DNA from: Tricharina praecox
Taxonomy: Eukaryota
DNA length: 64,000 bases
Assembly: GCF_024521635.1 (NCBI RefSeq)
Contig: NW_026250427.1
Location: 496,001 to 560,000, forward strand
Reading direction: 5' to 3'
The notes below the pieces were generated by a model. The model did not search any database. It worked only from the letters and a program-made list of their open reading frames with translations, and had not been told where the DNA came from. The translations under genes and the position numbers were made by a program. Positions 49,963 through 62,409 of the stretch are shown piece after piece (position 1 is the stretch's first letter; every line of letters starts with the position of its first letter).

Positions 49963-51580
49963 ATGCGTGGAATCCTCTCGTTGGCCGCGGCCGTTGCCAT
50001 GCTCGGATCCGCAAGTGCTGCTCTCGATCCCGTCACCGTCAAGGGAAATGCCTTCTTCGTCGGTGATGAGCGTGTAAGGCCCCCCTCCTGCTGACCGGCT
50101 TCTGCGGCTGTGATTGCTGACCGACTGGCTTATGGGATGACAATAGTTCTACATCCGTGGTGTCGACTACCAGCCCGGTGGACAGTCCAACCTGATGGAT
50201 CCCATTGCCAACTTGGAGGATTGCCAGCGTGACATCCCACTCTTCAAGGAGCTCGGTCTCAATGCCATCCGTATCTGTGCGTATTCGGTCACTGCTTGCT
50301 GCGAGTGGGGAGAAATGCAATCTGACCGCTCACGACTCTAGACACTGTCGACAACTCTGCCGATCACGACGAGTGCATGAAGGAGCTCGATGATGCTGGC
50401 ATCTATCTGTTGTTGGTATGTCTTCCTGCTTCCCCCTGCTGCCAGTAATTCAGGCTGATTCCTGCTCAGGATGTCAACACCCCCACCATCTCCATCAACC
50501 GTGCCGACCCTGCTGCTACCTACAACGAGAAATACCTGCAGCACGTCTTTGCTACCATCGATGTCTTCTCCAAGTACGACAACACCCTGGCCTTCTTCTC
50601 GGCCAACGAGGTCGTCAACGATGTCGACACCACCGGTGCCGCTACCTACGTCAAGGCTGTGACCAGGGACATGCGCAAGTACATCAAGGAGCGCAAGCTC
50701 AGGTCCATCCCTGTTGGCTACAGTGCCGCCGATGTTGCCGAGAATCGTATGGAGGTGGCCAAGTACCTCAACTGCGGAGACGACGAGGATGCCAGGAGTG
50801 ACTTCTTTGCTGTAAGGAGGTCTGGGGACTGCCCGTGATTGGGGTTGCATGCTGACGGAGAGGATAACAGGTCAACGACTACTCGTGGTGCGGTGACTCG
50901 TCGTTCACCACCTCCAACTGGAACGAGAAGGTCGAGAACTACACCGACTACTCGATCCCCATCTTCCTGTCGGAGTACGGCTGCAACGTTCCTTCCCCGC
51001 GCAAGTTCGGCGAGGTTACGACCCTTTACAGTGACAAGATGTCGCCCGTCTTCTCCGGTGGCCTCGTCTTTGAGTACTCGCAGGAGCCCAACAACTTTGG
51101 ACTCGTCGAGATCTCGGACGATCGTGCATCCGTCGACAAGCTCGGTGATTTCGAGGCTCTGAAGGAGCAGTTTTCCAAGGCCAAGAACCCCTCCGGTGAC
51201 GGTGGGTTCCAGGAAGGTCTCGACGTCTCAGAGTGCCCCGGCTTTGTTCAGGGCCGATGGGAAGCCAACAACACCCTCCCCACCCTGCCGTCGGCTGCTC
51301 AGAAGTACTACGTAAGTTTGAAATCGCTCATTAGCATCCGATATTCGTGGTTTACTGACCCATGTTATAGACTGAGGGTGCTGGCAAACCTCTGGGTGAC
51401 CAGAACCTGATGGCTGGTGGTACCACTACTGGCAGCGCTTCCGGTACCAGCAGTGCTAAGCCTTCCGGAACCGGCTCGGGCGACACGAACGCCGCCCCCA
51501 GCGACCGTTCCTTCTCGGCCGTCGTTCTTGCATGCATCGTCGGAGCTTCGACCCTCGCTGGCGCCATGTTTGTGATGTAA
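49963..51580 (+). CDS. GPI-anchored beta-1,3-glucanosyltransferase, GH72 (Gas/Gel family, no CBM43)
   Basis: Signal peptide, VKGNAFF, FYIRGVDYQPGG, FSANEVVN, IPVGYSAAD, NDYSWCG, PIFLSEYGCN, SGGLVFEYSQE; Ser/Thr/Gly tail and hydrophobic GPI signal. Confidence 0.93.
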
Positions 51581-52060
51581 GGGGGAGGACAGTGGTGATG
51601 ATGGATTGACGTTAATACGAAGGATGGGACGATTCTCGGTGATTCAAATTTTTTTTTTTTTGCGACGCTATTCTGTTGTGTGTGAAAAGTATTGGGGTTT
51701 TCTTTACGGTTTATGAGGAAGAGGGAGAGAGGAGTATATCCACTTGTGTATCGATACCTGAGTCTTAAGTGTACTCTTTACTACTGGAACCAGCTTTGAG
51801 CGGGAGTCTTTTTGTTTTTTTACCCCCATTACAGTATGATATAGTACATAGGACAGAGGAGGTTATGGAATAGAAGAGAGAAACTGTATGCTTATTTGTG
51901 GTTTTCTATGCTTATTTTGTGGTTTGCTTGTGCCTGAAGACTGGTGATGAGATGGTGACGCAGGGAGTTGTCGCGAACTGTGTTAACCATGACCACTCGT
52001 GTAACTGTAGTTACTATACGCGTCTCGACATCACAAAGACGACGAAACACCACCAGAGCC

Positions 52061-52943
52061 ATGCCGAAATCCACACCATCATCACTGTCCTCCCGAACCG
52101 CCGCCTCCACGAACAAAAATGCCTGTAAGTCCCCCTCTCCCAACCCATCTTCACACAGATACTCACGCGCCCACAGTCTCCGTCCTGATGTCCTCACGCC
52201 CAACCAGCACCACCCCCACCAGCAGCACCGCTCCCCGCCCCGCGCGCACCACATTCGCCGACGCCCTCCTCCCATACATAACCACGCCCTCCTCCTTCCC
52301 GCCCAGCGTCGTCCTCCACCACTCCACCGACTTCGTCTGGATCCGCGACAAGTACGCAAAGTCCTTTATCCACACACTCTTGCTGCCGCGGGACCCGGCG
52401 CGAAACACGCAGCACCCGCTCGAGCTGCTGTCGCGGGATGTGGAGTTTCTGGAGAAGGTAAGGGTGGAGGCGGCGAAGTTGAGGGGGGTTGTGGCGAGGG
52501 AGTTGGAGCGGCGGTTTGGTGGGAACGGGAAACAAGGCGGGAGGAACTGGGTCGACGAGGTATTGGTCGGTGTGCACGCGCACCCGAGCCTGCGGCATTT
52601 GCATGTGCATGTCCTTTCGAGGGATCTTAGTGGTGAGGCGTTGAGGAAGGCGAGCCATTATAATAGCTTTACCACGGGGTTTTTTGTAAGGCTTGAGGAG
52701 TTTCCGCTCAGTGGGGAGGAGCTGGAAAAGAGGGGTGGGGGGTGGAGGAAAGAGGAGCTCAGGTGTTGGAGGTGTGGCAGGGGGTTTGGCAGAAGTTTTG
52801 TAAAGTTGAAGGCGCATTTGGGGGTGGAGTTTGAGGCGTGGAAGGCTGCGCCGATGGAGGAGGGGGAGGAGGAGGGGGAGGGGGAGGAGGGGGAAGAGGA
52901 TGGAAGGGAGGGGGGTGCGGGTGAGGTAGGGGAGACGGGGTAG
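52061..52943 (+). CDS. HNT3: Aprataxin-like HIT protein
   Basis: KNA|FSVLMS after intron 52125-52177, DKYAKSFIHTLLLPR, HIT motif HAHPSLRHLHVH, HYNSF, zinc finger CWRC..LKAHL..E. Confidence 0.9.
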
Positions 52944-53256
52944 GTTTGGTGGCCAGGAGGGGGCGGATGGATAGTTCATTCTGGTCTGTATACTGGAGTA
53001 GGTGCTTGGTTGCGCGGTCCAGCAGGCCGGAATATACTATGTATATCTCCATTGAACCTCATCCCGCAGAATGAGTGATATTCCATTGACCTAGCATCCA
53101 AATAACGCGTGATATTCTGTGATGACTCTATATACCATGATCCACTCCCGCGCCCATGTCGGAATCGGCATCTTCCGCAACAGCTATAGTAACACGATCA
53201 CCAACTATCCACTCGCGTGTCCTCTCACCTCCCCCTACACCACACCACACGCAACC

Positions 53257-53960
53257 ATGGCCCGCAAACGCACCAAGCCCTCCGCAAAAGAGCCGGAGCT
53301 CTTCCCGTCGACCACCTCCTTCGTAACGCCCGAAGGCGTGACCATCTCCGAAATCCCCTTACGCACACCCACCTTCGGCTCCAAACCCAACGGACAAACG
53401 CTCCTCGACCTGATCGACTTGAAGCGACCTCGGGACGCGGCGGGGAACCCGATCGGCGCCAGCCATGCCGCCGAGACGGAGGAGATCGAGGTCTTCGGCC
53501 ATGCCGCGAACACGTTCTTTTTTGCCGTGCCCCTGTTGATACTGCTCTTTTGGCTCGATGTATTGGTTCATCTGCAGTATAAGCAGGATAAGGACTGGTC
53601 AGAGGTGGCGTGGAGATGCGCGAAGGCGTTTCCGGGTAGGGTTTCTCTTCTGTCTTCTAGCTGTGGGGGACGCTCGCTGATGGGGGACGCTCGATAGCTA
53701 TCTACGCGATCCACTACTTCTTCCACCCGCGCCGGACATGGATCTCGGTGCGCCTGTTCCTGCTCGCGCTGAGTATCGCGGCCGGATGCTACGTCGTCAC
53801 GGCCGTAAACAGGTACGGCTACTACTTTGTCATGAAGAAGACGCCGCCCCTAGGCACGCTGTGGATCTGGGCGGTCATTGAGTTGGATATTCTCGGTGCG
53901 CTGGCGAGTCTGCTGGGCGTTTGGACGTATGCGTGGTATTACGGGTATCCGCTCTGGTAG
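53257..53960 (+). CDS. Conserved fungal hypothetical membrane protein
   Basis: MARKRTK..GQTLLDLI..LDVLVHLQY..(intron about 53636-53697)..GYYFVMKKTPPLGTLWIWAVIEL; several hydrophobic segments. Confidence 0.75.
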
Positions 53961-54194
53961 GGGGGTGGATGGATAGGATGAAGGGGAGGAGAAAGGGTGC
54001 TCATTGGGAGGAGGGGGATGATGTTTGTTTGCCTTTCGTTTGAAGATGATCGCGCCGTTCGAAATTTAGAGCTTGTATGCACAAAGAGCCGCATGGTGGC
54101 TCACCCGGCCAATAAAATTCAGTTAGACTGTGTAATCATAGCACCTGCATTCCCGCACGATCAGCTCCCCCACCAGCACCAGCCCCACCAGCAG

Positions 54195-55792
54195 ATGCGC
54201 CTGCCCTCGATAATCCGGTACCTCCCGCTCAGCAACCCGCGTTTCCAACTCGTCGCCTTTCTCGCCCTGCACACACGGTACCGCACGGGCATTCCGATGG
54301 ACACGTTGATATCCACGCTTCCGGGGATCGATCCGCCGTCGCCGCGCACCCGCCGTCCTACGCCGCCGCCCCACGTCAACCCGCCAAAGAGGGAGAAGAA
54401 GTCGCAGAAGGAACGACGCAGGAATGTTACTAAGTTCGTTAATCAGCCGCCGGATCCACTCTATTACTTTGAGGATGGCCTGAGAAAGGTCCACCCGTAT
54501 TACTTCACGTTCAATACGTTCTGTAAAGAACGCTGGAGGGGGATGACGCTGCTAGAGGTCTTCAGCAGCGAGTTTAGGGATCGCCCGGTCGAGTACTATG
54601 TCGGTTCGCCCTTTTGTCCCCCGACCCCGAGCCACGCGCGAAAGACAGAGGGAATTGGGGGTGCTGACGGTCGTAGAGAGATGCCATCGCGGCGGGCACC
54701 GTCTACGTCTCAGGCACGGACCGGGGCTCGGTGCTTGCCGCGTCGCCGCGGTCAGGCCTTGACACGATCGTCAAGAACGGCGACATGATCTCGCACACTA
54801 TGCACCGGCACGAGCCGCCGGTCACCGGCGAGCCGATCGGTATCGTGTTCGAAGACGACAACATCATGGCCATCTCGAAGCCTGCTGGTGTCCCTGTACA
54901 CCCCACCGGCAGGTACAATTACAACTCGGTCACTGAGATTTTGAGGTCCATGAGGCCGGGGTTTAATCCACTGCGTATGTGCTGTGTGTGCCGGGAGGGG
55001 TTGTGGGGGCGGGGTGAGGGCGACGGCTGATGCGGAGATATGCAGCGTGTAATAGGCTGGATAGGTTGACGAGCGGGCTCATGTTCATTGCAAAGACGAG
55101 GGAGGGCGCCGACGCCTTCATGAACCAGATGCAAGCGCGGACGATACGGAAGCAATACGTGGCGCGGGTGAAGGGGGAGTTTCCGAAGTACGCACGCATC
55201 CACATCTTCCCCCCACCTGCAGCGCTGACAGGAAACCAGAGAAGACATAGTGTGCGACCAGCCGATCCTCCAGATCTCGCCGAAGCTCGGACTGAACCGC
55301 GTCAAGGCGGACGGCAAGCACGCAAAGACGCTGTTCCGGCGGCTGCACTACAACGCGGAGAAAGACTACAGCATCGTCGAGTGCCACCCGTACACAGGGC
55401 GCACGCACCAGCTGCGCGTACACCTGCAGTTTCTGGGCCACCCCATCTCCAACGACCCCATCTACTGCAACCGTAAGGTGTTCGGTGCGAACCTGGGCAA
55501 GGGCGGCGAGGGCGACGACGAGGATATCATCACCCGCCTCAACCGCATGGGCAAGAGTGAGGTCGCGGAGGCGGAGGCGTACCACGACGAGATGATGTCG
55601 GACCATGCTAGGAAGAAGGCCGAGAAGATGACAGGCGGCCTCTGTGATATCTGCGATACCCCGCTGTATTCGGACCCGGGCCCCCACGAGCTGGGCATAT
55701 ATCTCCACGCTAAGAGGTATGCCTGCGAGGATGGAACGTGGGAGTACGAAACCAGTCTGCCTGAGTGGGCGACTGTGAGGGACGGGGAATAG
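54195..55792 (+). CDS. RluA-family tRNA pseudouridine(32) synthase (Rib2/Pus9-like)
   Basis: [45 protein letters not shown], catalytic [35 protein letters not shown]; three introns; second in-frame ATG at 54297. Confidence 0.9.
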
Positions 55793-57549
55793 ATGGAGGG
55801 ATGGGGGATGGGGGAATACCTAGAGCACTGTACCAATAAACCGAGATGATGATGTCAAGCAGTCTATCCACCGCAATAGAGTTTAGTGCAACCTGGCAGT
55901 GCTACATAAAAGCCAATCTTGGATCGGACCTTGTGGGGTTGGTTGTTGCCCGGACTGGATCCTCCGTTTTACAGGCGTATCGAGACGGTGGGGTGATACT
56001 GGTGACCGATCATCGGCGAGGTTGACGACGCAGTGGGGAAAAAGAGTTTTTTGCTTTGTTTCCATGACGATGTACATATCAGATGATACATCCAATCCTG
56101 TCTTGCCCCCCCGCCACCCCGCCCCGATCGTCGAAGGCGGAAGCGAAAGGTAAAAGCCGAAGGCGAAAGGCGAAGGCGAAAGGCAAATACAATGCCCATC
56201 CCCCACTACATACCGTATCGGGACAAAGTAAAAGTGATAAAGGAAGTGACAAAAAATCATGCAAGTGGTGGGCACTGGCGGAGAGTGGTCGGCGACGAAT
56301 GATACGCGGTGATGATGTACTCGCGGTGAACGCTGCGGTACTTGGTATACCGGTAGAGTAGAGTAGAGTGAATCCGTCCAAAAACCCCGTGCGATTACCG
56401 CCTTCAGCAGTTCTCGGCGACCTGTAACCGGCGAGTGACGTCCGGTTACTGGTAGATAGTGAGGGGCGCGAAGGAAGAGGCGGCTTGGCGTCATCGGTGA
56501 GCGCCGAAGACAGCAGACGTTGTCGGGACCTGGGTGGGACCTTTTATTTGGAGAGAGAGACCTCGCAGGGACCTAGTGGGACCAAGTGCTATGGAAGGGA
56601 GACTCGATGCGGCCGTTCAACGTTGAAATGTTTTCTGTTGCTGCTTTTCTGTTCTTCCTGCACGTCTTGTTTTCTTCTCATCACCATCGACCGAGGATTC
56701 TAGTTCACTTGATCACGTTTTTGTTCCTCACCCGTAGCCCGTTCTGGGGTCTCTCAGTACCGTACCTACCTCTTACCCAGATACTCCAGAGTGAGTTCAT
56801 CCGTCGGAAAAACATTTAAGCTGCCGCCATTCGAGTAGTGAATTCAGCAGTTCCCGAGGACCGACCCCCGGCGACCGGCGAGTGATATCTCGATACTAGT
56901 AGGAAGGTGGTACCCCCGCATGCATATCATAGGTACACTACATGCACGAATAGTAATCGCGCTGACCCCAAGTCCCAGCCAACCAGGCAACCCAGCCAAC
57001 CAATCCATACAGCCTTCCCGTCCCGTGTCTGACGCTTCCCGTGGGGGCGGGGGGTGGAGGGTGGAGGGGGGCGGAAAAGGGCGGCTAGCCGGGCCGAGCC
57101 GTCGAGCGGGGCAAGGATGCCAGGCTATTGGCTACTTATGTCAGACGTAACCACCAGTGTGGCTCCGCTCCACATTACGGTACTCAAGGAAAGCGGACGC
57201 CGGACGAGTGTTGCCTGGAATTGGAGAGTGCTACATACGCTGGTGGGACGTGTGAGCGATGGTCCTTTTTTTTGGCTATGGCTGCGAGTGACTGCGGTAC
57301 CTACATACTACGGAAGAGATGACTCGGGTGGAGATTTGCGGCACGACCGGGCGGGGAAGATGGCAGGTGGCAGGTGGTGGTGGGGGGTGGGGGGGGGGGG
57401 GGGCGACACACACACATGGGTGCCACCACCATCTACGAAGTGCGGATCAGCGCACGCACACATACGCACACACACGACGGGTGCACTACGAAGGCGGGAT
57501 CAACGCACGCACGCATGTCATCACGCGGAATACATATCGACGCAGCAGC

Positions 57550-58116
57550 AGCAGCGAACGAGAGATCCCGGGGTTATAGTATATTATTACGAACAAAAAT
57601 CCTCCAAGAAAACGAACGAAACGAACGAGCGAACGAACGAACGGAAAAAAACAAAAAACCACATGGACAAGCCCCATCCGTCCCACCGGCAGTTTCCCAT
57701 TCCTTATCGACCGGACGGACATGGACATGGACACGGACACGGAGACGTTCGAGGACGAGGGCAGTGCATGTCAATGTGGGTGGGTGGGTGGGTGTGGGTG
57801 TGTATGTGTGTGTGGCACCGCTGGTGAGAGGGGTGCTTTGGTGGACGGAACTGGGACTTTCGTTTCGGGTGATCAGGCCGCTAAGTTGGGTTGTCGTTCG
57901 TTCATTCATCCACCCTCATAAGATGGCTCGCGAAGGGTAAGAGTATGGTGATGGCGGGAGGACGGAGCCATCGAGGAGGATTGGCGGAGTTGGTGGAGTC
58001 GGTACCGTGTTAGAGTGGGGTTGATGGGATGGGGTGGGTCGGGGGGTGCTCACGGTGGGGTGGTGAGCACCACCGAGCAAAAACCGAGTTGGGAGAGGTG
58101 GGAGGGAGAATATATA
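57550..58116 (-). ncRNA. Putative non-coding (or micropeptide) transcription unit, paralog 1
   Basis: TATATA at 58116-58111; hairpin GGTGCTCAC/GTGAGCACC at 58071-58045; motif TACCCTTCGCGAGCCATCTTAT at 57939-57918; U-rich then AT-rich 3' region near 57660-57560. Boundaries inferred. Confidence 0.4.
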
Positions 58117-58820
58117 CCCTTCCTGAATCCTGACGACACTGCCTCCTCTTCACCGCTTGGGGGCGACGGGGACACTCTTCCGAAACGTGTGTGTGTGAGA
58201 GTGTGTGTGAGAGTGTGTGTCGTATGCGAGTGTGTGTGTCTGTGTCTCGGGGCGGGGGCGGTGTGAGGTGTGAGGTGTGAATGGGAGTGGGTGGGTGGGT
58301 GGGTTTCGGTGTGGGTGAGTTTATGGTGTGGGTGGGAAGTAGTGACGAATTGCTTTTTCTTCTAGACTCTACCTGCACCATGCAACTTCGGCACTCCCGC
58401 AACTCATCGCGAATCGATGATCTCCCCCTGTCGAAGGGCCACCCCGCCCGCGCCCGCACCCGAGCCCCCCGCCGCCCCGCCCCCGCCTCCGCCCCACCTA
58501 CATATCGCCAACTGCCCTTGAGTTACGTATTTTTAAAGGCGGAAAACTCTCGTATACTTCGGGAAAGCCCTCGCGAGTTGCCGGGGAGATGCTGGGGCGA
58601 AGCGCCCCACCTCCACGCGAATGCGTTGAATATCCACGGAGATGCGCCATGATTCTGGGTCTGGTCCGATTGCGGCTTGTGCAACAAGCGGAGTCGAGAT
58701 CCGCATGTTGTCAGTCGTTCCGTTTTGCATGCATGCAGCGAATCTCCACATCTGGCCCTTCACGACAACCACACGCTCACAGTCGGCGTTCTTCTTGTCA
58801 CTAAACGGCTTCCTCCGTCC

Positions 58821-58863
58821 CACCACCACCACCACCACCACCACCACCACCACCACCACCACC
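58821..58863 (+). repeat. (CAC)n microsatellite
   Basis: About 14 tandem trinucleotides. Confidence 0.9.
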
Positions 58864-60632
58864 CCGAATGCCCTCTAACTATAGTGGAGTAGAGTAACGC
58901 CGCTCCAACCTGCCTTCAGCATTCCCATCCGAGGACTCGAAGCAGCGGACGCCCAGAAAAAAGAAAAACCCTTCCACTACATGGGAATATTGCCAGACGA
59001 TGCGGCAGTGTGTGCGGACATGCACGTGGCTTGCCGCTGGACGGACTCCAAAGCCGGTTACCTACAGGATCAGCAGGTGGTAGGTATGTACGGTATTCGG
59101 GACTCCGAAGTAGGTAGATATCATACTTCGCACCCGCTGCACCAAGAAGAAGTGACGGATGGTTGGCTGTGGGATGCTGCAGTGCAGTCTCGGATAAGCC
59201 CAGGCTTAGTTCGCGGGCGGCTGGATATCTCTAGAGTACCGGTGGACTATCTACTCACATACGGTACTATACCGAGTCCTTCGTGTTGGGTTGCCGTTGG
59301 TCATGGGTGTTCTGCGACTCTGTGGGCGAGCAGGTGTCGCCTTCCAAATCATCCTCATGTTTAAAGGCATATCGTACTCTGCTATACCCCCCTTCCCCTC
59401 GGTTGCAGCGCTGCATATGGATGCCCCACCATCCGTTTCGTTGCGGCCTGGTCTGGCTCCAAAGGGCGCCATCACCTCCGCCATCACCGTCACCGTGATC
59501 GATTTGCAGAGGAACTCATCCGAGGGGACGCCCTAGAGAGGGAGGACCACCTGCTATTGGCGTGCCATCTGTGGTAGGATTCAAGTGTGTAGAGTCCCTA
59601 TCACTGGCTCCGCAGATTCCATGAGAGCTGCATACCCGAACCTTCCGTGTTTAGGACCATTTACTAGTCGATGCCCTTCCGTAGCGTCATCGCCTCGGTT
59701 GGCTTAAGGTTCGCGCCGCGCTCGGGGAGTTCGGGATGTCGCAACATCTCGGGTTGTTTCCGACGATTTCTTCGAGAACCGGCCGATGTGCATATCTTCG
59801 AGTGCGATTTGATTTGATCCGATCTGAGAATGGACGGAAACTCGTCCCCTCGGAGATGGCAGTTCGACTTTCGACTTTGGGGCACACCCGCCAAGAACCG
59901 CTGAAACCAAGTCTTGGATTCTAGAACTCGAGCTGGAGGCATGGCAATATCGAAACATAACGGTGTATAGTACGCAAAGCTTGGATGGATGATCCGGTGG
60001 CAGGTGCTCAAAGCCTCAGATTGTCTGCCTGACTGACATAGGTATTATTCGGCTAATCACCAACCTGCAGAATCCAGATCGGTCTGGATCCTACATATAG
60101 TATGCTTACTACCTAGTACATACGGCCCGGCCCAGCACGTTTCACCACCGCACTGATGTCGTATGATCCGAATAACCTCCGGTTCTAGAGCAATCCCGCC
60201 CCTCCGTTTCGTTTCGGCCTGGGCTAGGTGGGTGGCTTCACCACCGGCCATCCGACCAAAGCCGGGTGGCTTGTCTTGCGATCCATGACGGATATGACGG
60301 ACGAGGAAGGAGACACCAACCAGAGCGCTTCTATGTCATAGATTCAATGATTTATAGATTTATAGGTAGAAGAACGATGTCAATGTTAATGAGGACTTTC
60401 GCAGGTCGTGAGGGATGGTTTGCGGGATCGTTTTAGGCTTAGTGAGGTGACAAAAAAGCGCTACCGGTTAAATTCGAGATCCCTCGCGCTAGAGATACCG
60501 CGATGAGTCTCTTCAACCCGCACCCGCGAGGGCCAACTAGTACGAGTGGGATGGTCAACTTAGGCATAGCGAGTGTCTGCTCCTAGGTGAATGGGGAGTA
60601 GCGTTGAGAAGGAGAGTTGTTGTATTGGTCTT

Positions 60633-61172
60633 TGTTACGTATAAGTGTCCTCCAGAAAGCATTAGAAGAGTCAACCAACCCACACAGTTAGTCATTGAAG
60701 GAATGACTCTAGTCAATTAGTAGGAATGACTTTAGTCAATGAATAGGAATGACTCTGGTCATTGAGGGAATGACTCTAGTCATCGAGCAGGAATGACTCC
60801 AGTCACCGAGCAGGAATGACTGAGTAAACCCGCGAGACTCGAATAAAATACCGACCTAGACAGTCTATTGAAGTTCATGCCGACAGTGTGGTGATGCTGA
60901 CCTTCGCGATGCGCATCATGGTAATGTTGAAGTACTCCTGTCTATACTGTGGTGCTCTGCTCTCCTCTCGGCGCCGCTGTACTCTGCTCTCCTCTGTCCC
61001 GGAGAATTTTTACTGAGTCCACACTAATTAAACCACTAATTTCGAGAGTAGTCCACTTTTTCTCAGCCCGCACCTACGGTGACCTCAGAGTTGCGAAACG
61101 CCTTTTCTTTTCACTTAAGGGCTCGGCGCGCTAACAACCCGCCTCACAGAGATCCCTCAGAACTGCGTAACT
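60633..61172. mobile_element. Possible solo LTR
   Basis: Begins TGTTACG and ends CGTAACT (1 mismatch from a perfect TG..CA terminal inverted repeat), 540 bp, internal tandem array and AATAAA; no target-site duplication found. Confidence 0.3.
60690..60823 (+). repeat. Tandem array of six about 23-bp units with core GGAATGACT
   Basis: Core at 60700, 60723, 60746, 60767, 60790, 60813. Confidence 0.9.
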
Positions 61173-62409
61173 CCTCTAATGAGGTTCCTAGCCTTCTAGG
61201 TTATCCGTTATCGTATATACCGTACCGGTGCGGCGGTTGAGCCGACGCCCCATTCCCATTCAGCCCAATCTACCTAGTAGATATCTATACTAGTATATTC
61301 CTACCCCGCCTAGATGATGTACCAGTGGATCATAGATATCGATCTCGCTATAGTTAGTACATGTGCCTAATGGTAATGCAACCGGTGCAAGTAGTAAGTA
61401 CGCTGTGGACGGATCTGGATTCTGGACTCGATGGTGGCGTGAGTAAGGCATCACGTAAACTTGCTGTGATTTCATCTCATCTCCACACGGGGCCTGATAA
61501 TGCACTTGTGCTTACCGTGGCGAAGGCAGCTGGTGCACGCGGGGGAAGGTGAAGAAGAAAACGAGGAGGGGGAGGCAGAGACGTCATGACACACCTACTT
61601 ATGTAATATACGGGGATCCTATAATAGCAGGAAGATTACTCGGAAGTGACGGGTCTGAATTTTTGAAAGCCAGCCCTGAGCCTGGTGACCGCATGTCTGT
61701 GTGCAGGTGCAGATAAATCATGGAGTCACTGGTCGCTGTTCGTCTGGTTCCGGTGATCACTCGCATATGGTATGCCATCCTACCATCCTTCAGCTCATCG
61801 TCTAGTTAGTAGTTACCCACCGATTTTCCCCATCTATGCTAGATTCTAGATTCCAGATTCCAGTGGCTTCCGGTTCGACGGTGTTACTTTCTCCTGGATC
61901 GAGTATCCCTCGCAGTAGGTACCGTAGACACTAGGCGGTAGCTCATACCCGACAAAGTAACTCCTTCCTTCAGGCTTCCAAGTTCCACTGTCCAGCCGAG
62001 ACTCGAGACTCAACATTGGACAAAGGTGAAAGCCATACAATGAGCAATCTCCACCTTGGGGCTATTATTAGACGGTCCTTGAAGGGAGGGAACTTGAAAG
62101 GGTACTTAGGGCAGGCTTGAGGGCCAACGCCAGAGAATGTAGGGTACTAAGATGGCTACTGGCTGAGTGGCTTGTTCAACGGAAACGAATTTCTGACCGA
62201 CTCGTTAGATGCGTCGCAATAAGTTGCTATATCGTATCGTATGCCAGAGCCAAGTTTCGGGTGAGGGGTTTGGCAGGAGGTAGTGTTCCTTGGACCCTGG
62301 ACCATGAATGTTCTCTCTCCCCTCTCTAGACGATGACCAATGGCCGGATCGGGAACTTCACAGTTGAGTAGGTGGGTGTATGGTAGGTATAAGGTAGGTA
62401 TATGGTGGG

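Noticed and set aside
60690..60823. Regularly spaced repeats as a CRISPR-like array
   Set aside because: Eukaryotic context, whole 23-bp units are similar with no unique spacers, and no cas genes
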